From: Stegostoma tigrinum
Taxonomy: Eukaryota
Reading direction: 5' to 3'
DNA length: 64,000 nt
Assembly: GCF_030684315.1 (NCBI RefSeq)
Contig: NC_081397.1
Span: 5,332,001-5,396,000, forward strand
The notes beneath the pieces are model-generated. The model saw only the letters and a list, made by a program, of their open reading frames with translations, did not search any database and was not told the DNA's origin. Positions 1 through 12,539 of this stretch are shown here, piece after piece (the stretch's first letter is position 1; each line of letters begins with the position of its first letter). The position numbers were made by a program, and so were the translations under genes.

Positions 1-287
1 CAGCAAGATGACCCTGACATCCCTGTTCCTGAACTTTAATCCTCTCCCTTATCTGATGAAGGACGTTTCTCACTCTCTCCACAGATGCTGCGAGACACAG
101 TGAGTTCTTTTCCAGCATTTTCTGTATTTATAACCAGTAACATTAACTCTGTTACTGTCTCTCTGTCTCCACAGATTGATGCCAGAGCAGATGAGTTTCT
201 GCAGCCATTTTTCCAAGGGTTCAAGTCAAGTCTTCAGGTAGAGCCCAGTGAAGAATGAGCACAGATCAGTGATGCAGAACGTGTTAC

Positions 288-590
288 CTGGCACCATGAG
301 GTTGATGGAATTACTGGTCACATTAAATATCATTCCACCAGGATCCCTGTTGATCACGACACACTGGTATCGACCTTGGAGATGGGCCTGGAAGGATTCA
401 ATTGCCAGCTCTCTCCTGTCCAAGCTAAATTTGTAATTCTCACTGGCATTGTTTCAGGCTTTCTGTTGGAAGTACCACTGAAAGTAGGGTCCTGTGCCTT
501 GGCTTAACACACACTGTAGAAGAAGACGACTCCCAATTGGAGCCTCCGTTTTATTGGCTCGGGGAATGAGGAAAATCCCGGCAACGGGAA
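288..590 (-). pseudogene. Ig C2-type domain exon (Fc-receptor-like/IgSF) with an in-frame stop
   Basis: Manual translation gives PVAGIFLIPRANKTEAPIGSRLLLQCVLSQGTGPYFQWYFQQKA*NNASENYKFSLDRRELAIESFQAHLQGRYQCVVINRDPGGMIFNVTSNSINLMVP. It has the Ig C...W...GxYxC pattern and is a 303-nt phase 1-1 exon bounded by AG (592-591) and GTAAC (287-283). TGA at 456-454. Confidence 0.8.
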
Positions 591-819
591 CTCGAACAAA
601 ACAAAGTCAAATAAGGAATAAATGATCAGGTGCTGAATTTGTCTATTTTGTTTTACAGATGTCATCTTCAGTGACAGTATAATAATGGATGGAAAGGAGA
701 AATAAATCGAACAAGATTTTACATTTTTGCCAAGGTGAACAGTCTCAGGCTGTTGTAAAATCTACACTTTGAAAGATTTGTCTCAACTATGGATAGCCAA
801 ATGGTATATCATCCAACTG

Positions 820-1207
820 CACCCCCTGAAGAGTCAGTGATGTTCCTGTCATTATTTGCCTCCCCAGTCTCCACACTATCAACATCCAGGGGGTTACTGT
901 CATGAGAGAATCTCACCAGCACCCCCTTAATGTTCAATGGCATTAACATCACTGAATTCCCCCAGTATCAACATACTGGGGATTACCTTTGAGAGAGAAC
1001 CTAACCATTGCCCCTTGAAATTTGATGATATAACCATCACTGAGTCCCCTATTATTAATATCCTGGGGGTTACAATTTACCAGAAATTGCACTGGGCTCA
1101 CCATATCAAAATAGTTACTACAAGACAGGTCAGAGGCTGGGAATTCTGGTACAAATAACTCACCTCTGGACTCCCCAAAACTTGTTCATCATCAACAAGG
1201 TGCAAAT
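820..1207 (+). mobile_element. Degenerate L2/CR1-type LINE fragment with a triplicated ~80-bp internal segment
   Basis: Three copies of ...ccc.actatcaacatcctgggggttac...; homologous to the inverted copy at 12.9-13.1 kb (KLxWxHxI...TR...RxWxL-like text). Confidence 0.5.
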
Positions 1208-1980
1208 CAAGAGTGTGATGGAGAGAGATTGGAGAGATCAGGGTTGTTATCTTTAGAGCAGAGGAGATTGAGAGGCTGGACATGAAAGGGATGTATCAAA
1301 TGATGAGGGACCATAGATTGGGTAAGCAGGAAGAAACTTTTCCTCCTTGATGGAGGGACCAATGAGGGAAAACCAGCCCAGTTCGTCCCCTCCCCCCACT
1401 GCACCACACAACCAGCCCAGCTCTTCCCCTCCACCCACTGCATCCCAAAACCTGTCCAACTTGTTTCTGCCTCCCTAACCTGTTCTTGCTCTCACCCATC
1501 CCTTCCTCCCACCCCAAGCCGTACCTCCATCTCCTACCTACGAACCTCATCCCACCTCCTTGACCTGTCCGTCTTCCCTGGACTGACCTATCCCCTCCCT
1601 ACCTCCCCAGCTATACTCTCCTCTCCACCTATCTTCTTTTCTCTCCATCTTCAGTTCGCCTCCCGCTCTCTCCCTATTTATTCCAGAACCCTCACCCCAT
1701 CTCCCTCTCTGATGAAGGGTCTAGGCCCAAAACGTCAGCTTGAGTGCTCCTGAGATGCTGCTGGGCCTGCTGTGTTCATCCAGCCTCACATTCTATTAGC
1801 CTCTGGATGGAAGTGTTTTCCCTCATTGGTCCCTCCATCAAGGAGGAAATGTTTCTTCCTGCCTACACAATCTCTGGTCCCTCATCATTTGATACATCCC
1901 TTTCATGTCCAGCCTCTCAATCGCCTCTGCTCTAAAAATAACAACCCTGATCTCTCCAATCTCTCTCCATCACTGACACT
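1208..1980. repeat. ~165-bp inverted repeat (1208-1371 / 1815-1980) flanking a PLE 3' terminal fragment (1372-1795)
   Basis: The arms are near reverse complements (mirror ORFs share SLVPPSRRK...HPFHVQPLN). The interior is the PLE terminus seen throughout the window. Confidence 0.8.
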
Positions 1981-2377
1981 CTCCAGCGTCTAAGGCAACA
2001 TCCTGGTAAGTCTGCCTCTGCACCCTCTCCCAGTGCTTTTAGATACATTCTGGCATTAAAGTGTCCTTTATTTACAGGTCATTGTGATATTGCATCAGGC
2101 GGGAAACACTCAAGTTATTTTGCAGTGAAAAAGCTGGCAGATAATTTTTAATCAGCAAAGTTATGTTTTAGCAGGTGGTTAATGTCGAGTCACTGTTGTC
2201 TCATTGCATAGAAAGAGAGAGAGAGAGAGAGAGACAGCAACAACAACTGTTTAACCTGTGGGTCACCACATCTAAGGCAAAGGGGAACGATCATTCACAG
2301 CAATCTCAACCAGTGCAGGAACTGAACCCCACGCTTTCAGCACGACCAGACAATCAAGCCCTACATGGCAAAAACAT

Positions 2378-2630
2378 TGGTGGCTCAGTGGTTAGCACTG
2401 CTGCCTCATATTGTCTGTGTGTTTCTGCCAGGTGCTCCAGGCTTCTCCCATTCGTCTAAACGTGTGCAGGTTCGGTGGTGTCCAGGGGTGTGTAGATTAG
2501 GGAGATTAATCATGGGAAATGCATGGTTACAGGGACAGGGTAGCAGCGCAGGTCTGGGTGGGATGTTCCTTGTAGTTTAGTAGAGACTTGATGGGCCAAT
2601 GGCCTACTTCTACACTGTGGGGAATCCACG
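2378..2630 (+). mobile_element. tRNA-derived SINE (HE1/V-SINE-like), internally deleted
   Basis: A-box-like TGGCTCAGTGGTTAGCACTGCTGCCTCA start; homologous to 22775-23085. Confidence 0.65.
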
Positions 2631-3559
2631 ACTGTCAATGTTTAGCGCAACGGTGTGGGTCAATTTATTCTGATCTGAGCACTGCACTTTGATGAGATTC
2701 ACTTTCAATTTCTAAACTAATGGGGAGGTAATTTTGTCAGATGATTTTGTCAGATGTCCAAGGGGTACTCTGAGGACTTGAATTTGAACCTTGCTGTGGC
2801 AGGTAATGGATTTTGAATTCAATTTTAAACAAAGCAGATCTGGAGTTGAGATTTTAATGATGAACATTGTCAGGAACAAAGAACCATCTGGTTCACTTGT
2901 GAAGACTAGCATGAGAAGGCATTTCTTCTCTAAGGGAGCTAGGAATCTTTGGAAAATCTTGCCACAGCGAACATGTGTACTTGTTGCGGCAGGGGTGAGG
3001 CAGATGTAAGGCTGGGATTGATAGATTCTTGATCAGCCAGGGAATCAAAGGAAATGGCAGGAAAGTGGACACGAGGAATGGTGGATCAGCCACAGTCCAA
3101 CAGAATGCAGGCTTGAGGGGCTGAATGGCCTCTTTCCATTCCTGTCTCTGATGGTCCTTTTGGGAGCGAAATCTACCGTTCTTACCTGGTCCGCTCTGCA
3201 CTTTACTCTTATCACTTTGCGGACATCTCATTCACTTGCTCGGCATGAAGGCAATCTGTCGGAGGACATTCTGAGATTGGCATCCATTGCCACCTTGGCA
3301 GAGCTGGCCACGCCCTGTTCAGAGTACAGAGAAATAACATTCATCATCGTCAGTTTTAGGCTTGTTCCAATGGTGTGCGTTTCTCAGAGGAATTGGTCTG
3401 TGTAATAACCCCAGATGTTCACAGCTCATCCTGTACACTCTCACTGTCTTCCAGATAAAGTGTTATTCTCACCACGCAGCCCCTCTGTCCCCCACGCTCA
3501 CTGTCTGCCTCCTCTGTGCCTGTGTGCTCACCACCCACCTCCTCTGAATTTCGAGCTTG

Positions 3560-4590
3560 TAGACTTGACACAGAAATGGTTCATCCAGTTGAATGTGGAT
3601 CAGCGAGAGGTTATCTGCTTTGGGAGCATAACCAGGAAAACAAATTGTTATCTGAAAGGTGACAGATAGGGATGCGGGGGCGCAATTAGACCTGGGAGTA
3701 CCTCGTACACCAGTCACTGACAGTGAGCATTGCAGCAGCAGCAGACGGTGAAGAAGGCAACAGGACGGTGGCCTTCATAGCAAGAGGGTTCGAGTCCAGG
3801 AGCAGGGCTGTCTTGCTGCAATTGTACAGGGAGAGACCACGTCCTGCAGTATTGTGTGTGCAGTTTGGGGTCTCAATCTCTGAGGAAGGATGCCGTGGCT
3901 ATGGAGGGAATGCAGCCGAGGTTTCCCAGACTGATTCCTGGGATGGCAGGACTGATGGATAAGGAGAGGCTGGATCGATTAGCATTATATTCACTGGGGT
4001 TTAGAAGAAAGTGGGGTCATCTCATAGAAATCTATAAAATTTTAACAGGACTAAACAGTGGTAAACACAGGTGTTGCTGATGGCCAGAGTATAAGGCGAG
4101 GGTGCGTGAGTCCAGAATCAGGCAGTCACAGGCTAAAGGAGACAGGGAAGGACTGAGATGGGGTCAAATGTCTTCACCCAGCGGGATTCTCTGCCACACA
4201 CAGTGGTCAGGGCCAGAGCAGTGAATGTTGTTCAAGTAGTTGCATGGAGTTCTTCGGGGCGAAACGTCTTGTACAGCCACATAATAACATCCCAACTGCT
4301 ACACTCAGTGTTAGAACTGAAAAAAGACAAGTGTTCCAAACTTGCTATCCACCTGTGACTCCACTTAATGGAACTATGTGTCTGGACCCCTCGATCCCTC
4401 TGTTTGACAACACTCGCCAGGGCCCTAGCCCCTGCACTGGTTTGGCTCACCAAAGATGCAACACCTCCACATTTGTCTAAATTAAACTCCACCCGCGAAT
4501 CCTCAGCCCATTGGCCCAGTTGATCAAGGTCCTGTTGTACTCTGAGATAATCACCTTCACTGTCCACAAGGCCACCAATTTTGTTCCTGC
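3560..4590. mobile_element. Two degenerate CR1-like LINE 3' fragments, tail to tail (+ 3560-4220, - 4220-4590)
   Basis: Remnant peptides RFPRLIPGMAGL..ERLDRLALYSL and IGGLVDSEGDYLRVQQDLDQLGQWAE...FNLDKC. Confidence 0.75.
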
Positions 4591-4979
4591 TCCTCATTTA
4601 CTACGTTTCTGTATTGTCCTATTTTCAGGCTGATCAACCAGACCTGCGTCAGGTTTCTGCAGCTGACAAATGGCTAAGCTTTGTTGCCATTCACTCAGCC
4701 AGACATCAATTCCAAAGATGAACTTGCCTTGAGAAACCATCTGAATAACTGACTCACACATCACTCTGAGAGAGCCAATTTCTCCTGCTGTAGCATGATC
4801 TGACCCTTGATGGCAGGGATTTGAGATTTTGTGCTGTCCATTCCCAGCTTGAGTATCCATTTGATCTCCTGGTCAGTGGGTCAGAACAGATTAGCCATTG
4901 AATTGAATCGACTCTGCGTTTATTTTTTTAATTGTGGTGAGCTGGAAATAATTCTGGGCAGAATTGTTCTCCAGATCTA

Positions 4980-5840
4980 TCTAAATTAGCGTCTAAGTTC
5001 ATCATTTTCAAACATATATCCAGCTCTCTTTTCATACCTCATATGGAATCCACCTCCGCCACTCTCCCAGGCAGCACATTCCAAATCCGAACAACGTTCC
5101 GAGTAAAGACGTTTCTCCTCATCTCACTCCTAGCTGTCTTGGTGACAATCTTGAAATTGTGACCCTTGGTTACTGACATAGTGGAAACAGAGTATTGAAC
5201 TTCACTCTCTCAAAATTCTTCATAATTGTGAACACGTCCATAAAGTTTCCTTTTAATCTTCTCTGCTCCAAGGGGAATAAGCCTGATTTCATTAATCTTT
5301 CCATGTAAGTAAAATCTTTCATTCCTGCTGTCATTCTAGTAATCTCCTTTGGACCCTCCCCAGAGACTTCTTCCAGAAGTAAGGTGCCCACAACTGAGAA
5401 CAAACACAGTCTGAGCAATGTGGTCTTAGCAATGACTTGTAGAGATGTAGCATTACTTCCTTGTTTTGAGACTCAATGTCTCTATTTTTAAACTCAAAGA
5501 TCCTTTGAAACTGCTTCACAACTGTTTCAACTTGCCTGGCCACCTTCAGAGAATAATGCACATGAACCCCAAGATCTCTCTGCTCAATACTCCCCTCAAA
5601 GCTGTACCCTTAAGCTTGTATTGTCTCTCTGTGTTTTTATTAGCAAAATGCTCAAGCTCATATTTTTTCTGTATTGAAATTTATCTGCCAGGTCTCTGCC
5701 CATTTGGCCAACTTGTCAATGTACCTGTGAAGTCACTCAGTGTCATCCTCACAATTCACTCTTCTCCCTGGCTTAGTATCAACTGCACATTTAGAGATTT
5801 TATCCTCAACACCCAACTCCAAATCATTTATATATAATCA
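4980..5840 (-). mobile_element. Degenerate CR1-like LINE 3' fragment
   Basis: LYKSLLRPH...QLWAPY and ERLMKSGLFPLEQRRLKGNF remnants. Confidence 0.75.
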
Positions 5841-5844
5841 ATAC

Positions 5845-6480
5845 AGTTATCAATATATACCTGCCAGTTTCACCAAAGTCAATGGGTGAATATATTTACC
5901 AGTCTGTTCTTGTTAGTTTCTGCTCTGTGAATTAACAGAGGTTACCCTGTCTCTGTCAGTTTCTGCTGCGTAAGCATGAGTACAGTTACCAATGTAAGCC
6001 TCTCTGTTTCTGTCTTGCAATTTGTAAATGTTCTTATCAAAATATACCTCTCAGTTCCTGCTTAGTGAATGTGAGTGCTGTTACCAATATATGTCTGTGA
6101 GATTCTGCTCTGTGAATAGGAGAGTCTAGTTATCAGACTGTACTTATCACTTTATGCTCTGTGAAACTGGGAATGTAGTTATCATTATGACTGTCAGTTT
6201 TAGCTTTGTCAGTGAGAATGTAGTTTTTAATCTCTCCCTGATAGTTACTGCAGTGTGAATGCCTGACTGAAATTAGCAGAAACCAAAAGAAACTGATAAC
6301 GATAGTCACATATTTACATTGTAGTAAATGTGTCATCATCATCGGTTTGTGTGCTTCTTCAAGATGAACAAATGGGTTTAGTTATTGATCTGTGCATGTC
6401 AGTTTCTCCTCGTTTATCAAAATGGCTTAGTTCTCTGAAAGCCAGCATTATTCTATGTAACTGCATGATTCACACTGTGA
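5845..6480 (+). repeat. Degenerate ~47-49 bp tandem array
   Basis: Units resemble GTTATCAATCTGTACCTGTCAGTTTCTGCTCTGTGAATGTGAGAGTGCA. The same array type recurs at ~7975-8400, 20340-20600, 23440-24060, 25530-26260, 27460-27970, 28750-29520, 31690-32220 and 34560-35100, and inverted in the right arm. Confidence 0.75.
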
Positions 6481-6696
6481 TAGTTATTGTTAGGACGTTG
6501 ACGCTGCATCTTAATCTCTTCTGCATTGCGTGATTTATGAGTTGAGTGTCAGTCCATGTGGTAGTTGAGGGGATGGAGAAGTTGAGGACATGGGGTGATA
6601 ACAGGAGGGGAACTGCTTTATTCTGAGAACCATTCTGATGAATGGTCACACATTTCTGATATGGTTAGAGAATGTGAGATCTGTGGCATCACTAAT

Positions 6697-7800
6697 ATAG
6701 AACATAGAACAGCACAGCACAGAACAGGCCCTTCAGCCCACAATGGTGTGCCGACCATTGATCCTCATGTATGCACCCTCAAACTTCTGTGACCATGTGC
6801 ATGTCCAGCAGTCTCTTAAATGACCCTGCTTCTACAACTGCTGCTGGCAACGCATTCCATGCTCTCACAACTCTCTGTGTAAAGAACCCGCCTCTGACAT
6901 CCCCTCGATACTTTCCACCAACCAGCTTAAAACTATGACCCCTCATGCTAGCCATTTCTGCCCTGGGAAATAGTCTCTGGCTATCAACTCTATCTATGCC
7001 TCTCATTATCTTGTATACCTCAATTAGGTCCCCTCTCCTCCTCCTTTTCTCCAATGAAAAGAGACCAAGCTCAGTCAACCTCTCTTCATAAGATAAGCCC
7101 TCCAGTCCAGGCAGCATCCTGGTAAACCTCCTCTGAACCCTCTCCAAAGCATCCACATCTTTCCTATAATAGGGCGACCAGAACTGGATGCAGTATTCCA
7201 AGTGCGGTCTAACCAAAGTTTTACAGAGCTGCAACAAGATCTCACGACTCTTGAACTCAATCCCCCTGTTAATTAAAGCCAAACCACCATACGCTTTCTT
7301 AACAACCCTGTCCACTTGGGTGGCCATTTTAAGGGATCGATGTATCTGCACACCAAGATCCCTCTGTTCCTCCACACTGCCAAGAATCCTATCCTTAATC
7401 CTGTACTCAGCTTTCAAATTCGACCTTCCAAAGTGCATCACCTCGCATTTATCCAGGTTGAACTCCATCTGCCACCTCTCAGCCCCTCTCTGCATCCTGT
7501 CAATGTCCCGCTGCAGCCTCCAGCAGCCCTCTATACTGTCAACGACACCTCCGACCTTTGTGTCGTCTGCAAACTTGCTGACCCATCCTTCAATCCCCTC
7601 ATCCAAGTTATTAATAAAAATTACAAACAGTAGAGGCCCAAGGACAGAGCCCTGTGGAACCCCACTCACCACTGACTTCCAGGCAGAATATTTTCCTTCT
7701 ACTACCACTCGCTGTCTTCTGTTGGCCAGCCAATTCTGTATCCAAGCAGCTAAGTTCCCCTGTATCCCATTCCTCCTGACCTTCTGAATGAGCCTACCAA
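6697..7800 (-). mobile_element. Young 5'-truncated CR1-clade LINE with an open RT C-terminal ORF (6779-7708)
   Basis: Uninterrupted 309-aa ORF with GVPQGSVLGPLLF and KFADDTK; (TTCTATG)n-type tail at ~6697-6712. Confidence 0.93.
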
Positions 7801-10800
7801 TACAACTGCTCGTTTCTCACCGAAATCAGAATCACAGATATGGTACAGCGCAGAGGTGTACAAAATGAACAGAGGTAGAGATAGAGGAGTGGAGTTAGCT
7901 TTGACGAGGTGACATGGTTTTAAAGTGAAAGGAGGTAGATATCGGGGAGACGTCAGAGGTAGGTTCTTTGCTCAATGTGTACCTGTCAGTTATTACTCTG
8001 TGAATTTGTATCTAATAATTATATTCTTCATGTCAGTATTTGCAACATAAATGTGTGAGCACATGTCTCCAGCACTCCCTGTCAGTTAGTAGTTATCAAT
8101 TATCAACCTGTACCTGTCAGTTTCTGGGTTTTGAATGGGAAATGAATTTATCATTCTCTCCTAGTCAGTTTATGCTCTGTAAATGGGCAAGGAAAATGAT
8201 CAGTCCTTGCCTGTCAGCTTCTGCTGTTTGAATACGAATGTCATGATAAACCTGTACCCATCAGTTCCCGCCATGTGAATGTGAGTTTTAACATCAGCTT
8301 TCTTTTGTCTGTTTCTGGAATGTCAACGAGTCGTCGTAGATATCAATCTGTACCTGTCAGTTTTTACTGTTGTGTATCAATGTGCCTTGATTCTCTGGCA
8401 ACCAGTAACATTCTCTTTGACTGAGAGATACATTCTGATATAGCTATTAGGATGTCCAGACAGGCTATTAATCTCTTCCGCATTTTGTGACTTCTGCATT
8501 TACTGTCAGTTGGCAGGATCTAGGAAGGGTCATAGAAGTGGGGTTGCTTTCCTCTGAGAACCACTCTGAATCAGTAACACGTTTTCTAGTTTGCGTGCTG
8601 AGTGTGGGTTTTCTATACCGCACGTCCCGAATGCTGGTTCTGTGTGTCAGTACGGGATCTTTTTTCTGGGTTCTGTAGTATCAATGAGATATTTAGATTC
8701 ATTTTCCGTTGGACATTTTTAGTGCTCTTTCATTAAAGAGAGTTATGTTCTGCACCTATCTGTCTATTTCTACATTATATATTTATACTAATACTCTAAA
8801 CAACAGAATGTCATTTCCTTCATCACCAGGATCAGAATCAGGATGAGGTGCAGTGCAGAAGTAGACCATTCTGCCCATTGTGCTTGCACTGGGACATTCT
8901 ATTCTGCATACTAGTTTCCAGTAGTTGGAGAGAATGTGAGCTTCTTCCACTCACTCCTCGTGTCTATCTGGTAGTGCCAACATGACATTAATTCTGTAGT
9001 TAACAGCCTTTGAATAGCTGGAGTGCCAGCTTTGCGATGTCTGCAACAGTCTCAGGTACTGTATATGGATTTCATTCTCCTTTCCTGTTCATTTGTGGTT
9101 TTGTATCTGAATGTAGCATAAACTCTGCAGATATTCACTGACCCTGTATGATTGAGGGATTAATTTTGCACTGACATTTGTCCTTACCAGTGAGGCTTAA
9201 TTTCGTTGCATTCAATCTCAGTTTTTTTCTTTTAATTTGAGTGCACAGTGGACTTTGTCAATCATAACTAGACAATGTAACAAATAAACATCGAACATCA
9301 AATCTCCTCTCTGTTGTGATTGGTGAGTTTGTGCATCAGTTTACATTTGTCCATATCTGGAAATCTGTGTAAGGATAAATTTCATTATCTTCCTTTCGTC
9401 ATTCAATGACTGGCTGTGAGCGAGTTTTCTTGCATGCTCCTCGTCAATATATCTTTAAAGACTGTTACTGATTCATGTCACACTGACTGTTTCTGTATGT
9501 CTCCTTGTGTTTCTAGCTCATGTCATGTCATCATCTGATACTCCTCATAAGGTGTGATTCATGTACTGTAAAACAGCTTTTTCATACATTGACTCTCGCA
9601 GAAACATGTCCACTCTTTCTCAGTCTCTTGACCAGAATGTCAGCATGGATGAAGTGAGTTTTCATCAGTACTTTATTCAGTCTCTGGTATTATCTGTCAA
9701 TCTGCTTCTCATTATTTGTCATTGTATTTCACAGTGCATGAGTATCTTTTTAAAATGAACACATCACTTTCAGAAGTTGCAGGAGTGTGTTTGATTTTTC
9801 TAATCTCTACTGCTCAACATGAATGAGTCTTCATCTAATCCCCTCAGTGTCAGGGCCTAAAAGTGAAGGCATTTCTCCCTTTGTCAGTCTCTGATGTGCG
9901 ATTATTCTAGATTGGTCAGTCCCTGGTCTGAACGTTTATTCCAAATTTTGCTCATGTGACTGGCATCCAACAGAGAAGAACATGGAAACTAACATGAGTG
10001 TACTAGGGAAGGTCGAGAGTAACTTCAATCCCTTTGTAGAAATTTGAAAACAAAATGAAAGGAAATGTACAATGTTTCTTGTTGGACTGAAGGAAAAATT
10101 AAAAGCAATGTTAAATCCTGTAAGGTGAAGCAATGGAGAATAATGTTGCCATAAGGGTGAGGACAGCAGTTCCTCTGCAGCCTCGATACATTCATAGAAA
10201 TAGAATACTGACTGATTGGGTTTAGCGTTGTGAGCTGTTTTTCATTGGCGCAGACCCAAAGGGCCAAAGGGCCTTTTTCTGTGCTGCAGACTTCTATAAC
10301 TTGAGGTTGTTTGGGGAGATCACATTGAATGTACCATTTTCTATGATTTGCAGCGTATACAGAACGTTTGGTTGTTCCACATTGCAACATGCACCTTTGG
10401 ACAGTCAGAGTGTGTGTGTGTGTGAGCCAGAGGGTTAGAATTATTCCACAAAGAATTAATTCTGTACTTCTCATTTACTGATAAGCTTCATAAAAACGTG
10501 TTTCCTCCATGTTAGTAACTCTTGTCCTCTCAGTGAGCAGTTTCTTCCCATTTCTGCACTGAACTGAGGTATGGCTGTTGCCACTATGTTACAGCATGAT
10601 CTATTTGTTTGTCTTGATTGTAAGTTTGAAAATGCCCTTAGTCAGTGCAGATTTAATTCTGTTCCCGAGTGTCTATTCCAGATGACCGTTCAGTCTATCC
10701 ATCTTCAAAACCGGTGTCGATGTCAATGTCAATGGGCTACATACCTGCTGATTGTTAGAAGCAGCTAGTCACACATGGCTTTCTACCGAGGAAATATGAT

Positions 10801-10879
10801 AACATCCAGGTCCTTCCAGTATTTGCCTGGAGGAAGAGAGAATACACGCTTCCTGTAAAATCCTGAAAATGTGAGATAA

Positions 10880-10990
10880 TAGGAACGGCGGATGCTGGAG
10901 AATCCGAGATAACAAGGCGGAGAGCTGGACGAACATCGCAGAACAAGCAGCTTGGCTGCTGTCTTCATCCAGTTCTACACCTTGTTATAC
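10880..10990. mobile_element. Short fold-back element made of two inverted PLE terminal fragments
   Basis: GATAACAAGG...GCTGGACGAA...AAGCAGCTTGGCTGCT...TTCATCCAGT...CCTTGTTAT palindromic arrangement. Confidence 0.65.
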
Positions 10991-11029
10991 AGAAAGTCTG
11001 GCAATATTTCCACTGTTCACGGCACAATA

Positions 11030-11477
11030 TCGAAAAACAGCGTGAAACAGAAGCTAATCGATGAATTTCCATCAGTGCTGAGAGGATAAAAAATACCATA
11101 AGACTGACCCCCAGCAGCTTCTTGCCGCTGTGTCTCCCACAGCAGGCCCACACACAGCCCGAGAAAGGCCTCTCTCTCTCCCCGCCCCCAGGCCGCTCTC
11201 TCTCCAAGTTCCGGGACCAGTTCCTGCTCCGCTCGGCCTCTTACCAACAGCCCCCGGTTCTCCCGGAACTGAGTCCGAATCAATGCCGGTCTCGGAGGCC
11301 CCCTCTGTGTCCCAGACTCACATCTCGATGCGCTGCCGGAAGGAGCCTGCTGCTCCCTCGCTTCCCTGGGCGCTGGTCTCTCCATTGCGGTCTGTTTCAA
11401 ACAAACCTCTTCCACTCACTGAGTAAATGCCCCTGAATGGCAGCGCAGGGGGAGGGCCTCACGCATGCGCTCCTCTG
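11030..11477 (-). promoter_or_regulatory. CpG-island promoter and putative first exon, copy 1 (ATG 11385, exon end 11322, GTGAGT donor)
   Basis: CpG-rich; GCGCATGCGT NRF1-like site at 11461-11470; gcaATGG Kozak context; near-identical to 37800-38240 and 46586-47030. Confidence 0.65.
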
Positions 11478-11719
11478 GGTTGTGTGTGACAAAGGGACAG
11501 GGCAGTGCAATGTGTCTGGTGGGGATGCTGTTCAGAGGGTCGGTGTGGGCTTTTAGTTGGTCTGAATTGTCTGTTTCCACACTCTAGGGATTGTATGATG
11601 ATTCTATGAAGTTTGCTGCAAATTAGATGCATAAATGTGAACTTTATGCTCATGTTTTGATCTGCTCATATAAACTACTTTCCTGTTTTCATATAGAATA
11701 AACGTTAGACTATAATTTT

Positions 11720-11910
11720 GAATGCTCCGGTTTCCTCCCACAGTCCAAAGGTGTGCAAGCTAGGCGGGTTGGCTGTGCTAAATTGCCCGTGGTGCCCAGG
11801 GATGTTTAGGTTAGGTGGGTTAAGGACGAGATATAAAGGGTAGGGGAATAGGTCTGGGTCTGCTCTTCAGAGGGGCGATGGGGACTTGTTGGACCAAATG
11901 CCCTGGAGGG
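11720..11910 (+). mobile_element. 5'-truncated HE1/V-SINE-like fragment
   Basis: GCTCCGGTTTCCTCCCACAGTCCAAAG...GCTAAATTGCCC core shared with 22775-23085. Confidence 0.65.
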
Positions 11911-12539
11911 GTTTTGTGTGTGGAAGCATCTTCAAAGGAAAAAGAAACAAAATTAACATTCTGGATCCAGTGACCATTACGCAAAATTGATGGTGGCCGG
12001 GGAAACGTCAGTTTATATACAGAAGCAAAAGGAGAGTGTGATGGGGTTTGGAATAAATGATAGGATAGAGCCTAACAGAGAGAAGAACATTTGGTCAGAG
12101 TTGTTGGCGATCAGGCTGGGAGGTTAAATAGTAGTTAATGGGGACTATTAGTGACTGACAGGAGGTGGTGGATAATGGCAGGGTATGTGGTAACAAGGCA
12201 TTGTGAGGGGTAGAGTTTAGGCACAAAAATTATTCATCTCGATATTAAGTCTGGAGGGCTGCAGGGTCCCCAAGTGGAAGATGAGGCGTTGTTCTTCTAG
12301 CTTGTGTTGAGCTTCAATGGAACTCTACAGCAAGACAGAGATGTTGGACTGGGAACGAGGTGGTGTATTAAAGTGTCAGGCAACAGGAATTTCAAGGTCT
12401 TTTTTGCAAGCAGTACATAGATGCTCTTCAAAATGATGAGCCAGTCTATGCTTTGTTTCACAACTGGATGTTTTAAGACAATTTGGACAGTCTTTGTTAC
12501 TGGGCAAGAATGATGCAGGCTTTTCAAAGAAAAAAAAAT

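Noticed and set aside
4630-4872. Possible + strand exon after a TTTTCAG acceptor
   Set aside because: Stops in all frames, a weak donor and no supporting context.
11017-11415. 132-150 aa read-through ORFs at the CpG cassettes as single-exon proteins
   Set aside because: The frames diverge or shift between the three copies after the GTGAGT donor, and GC-rich sequence is naturally poor in stops.
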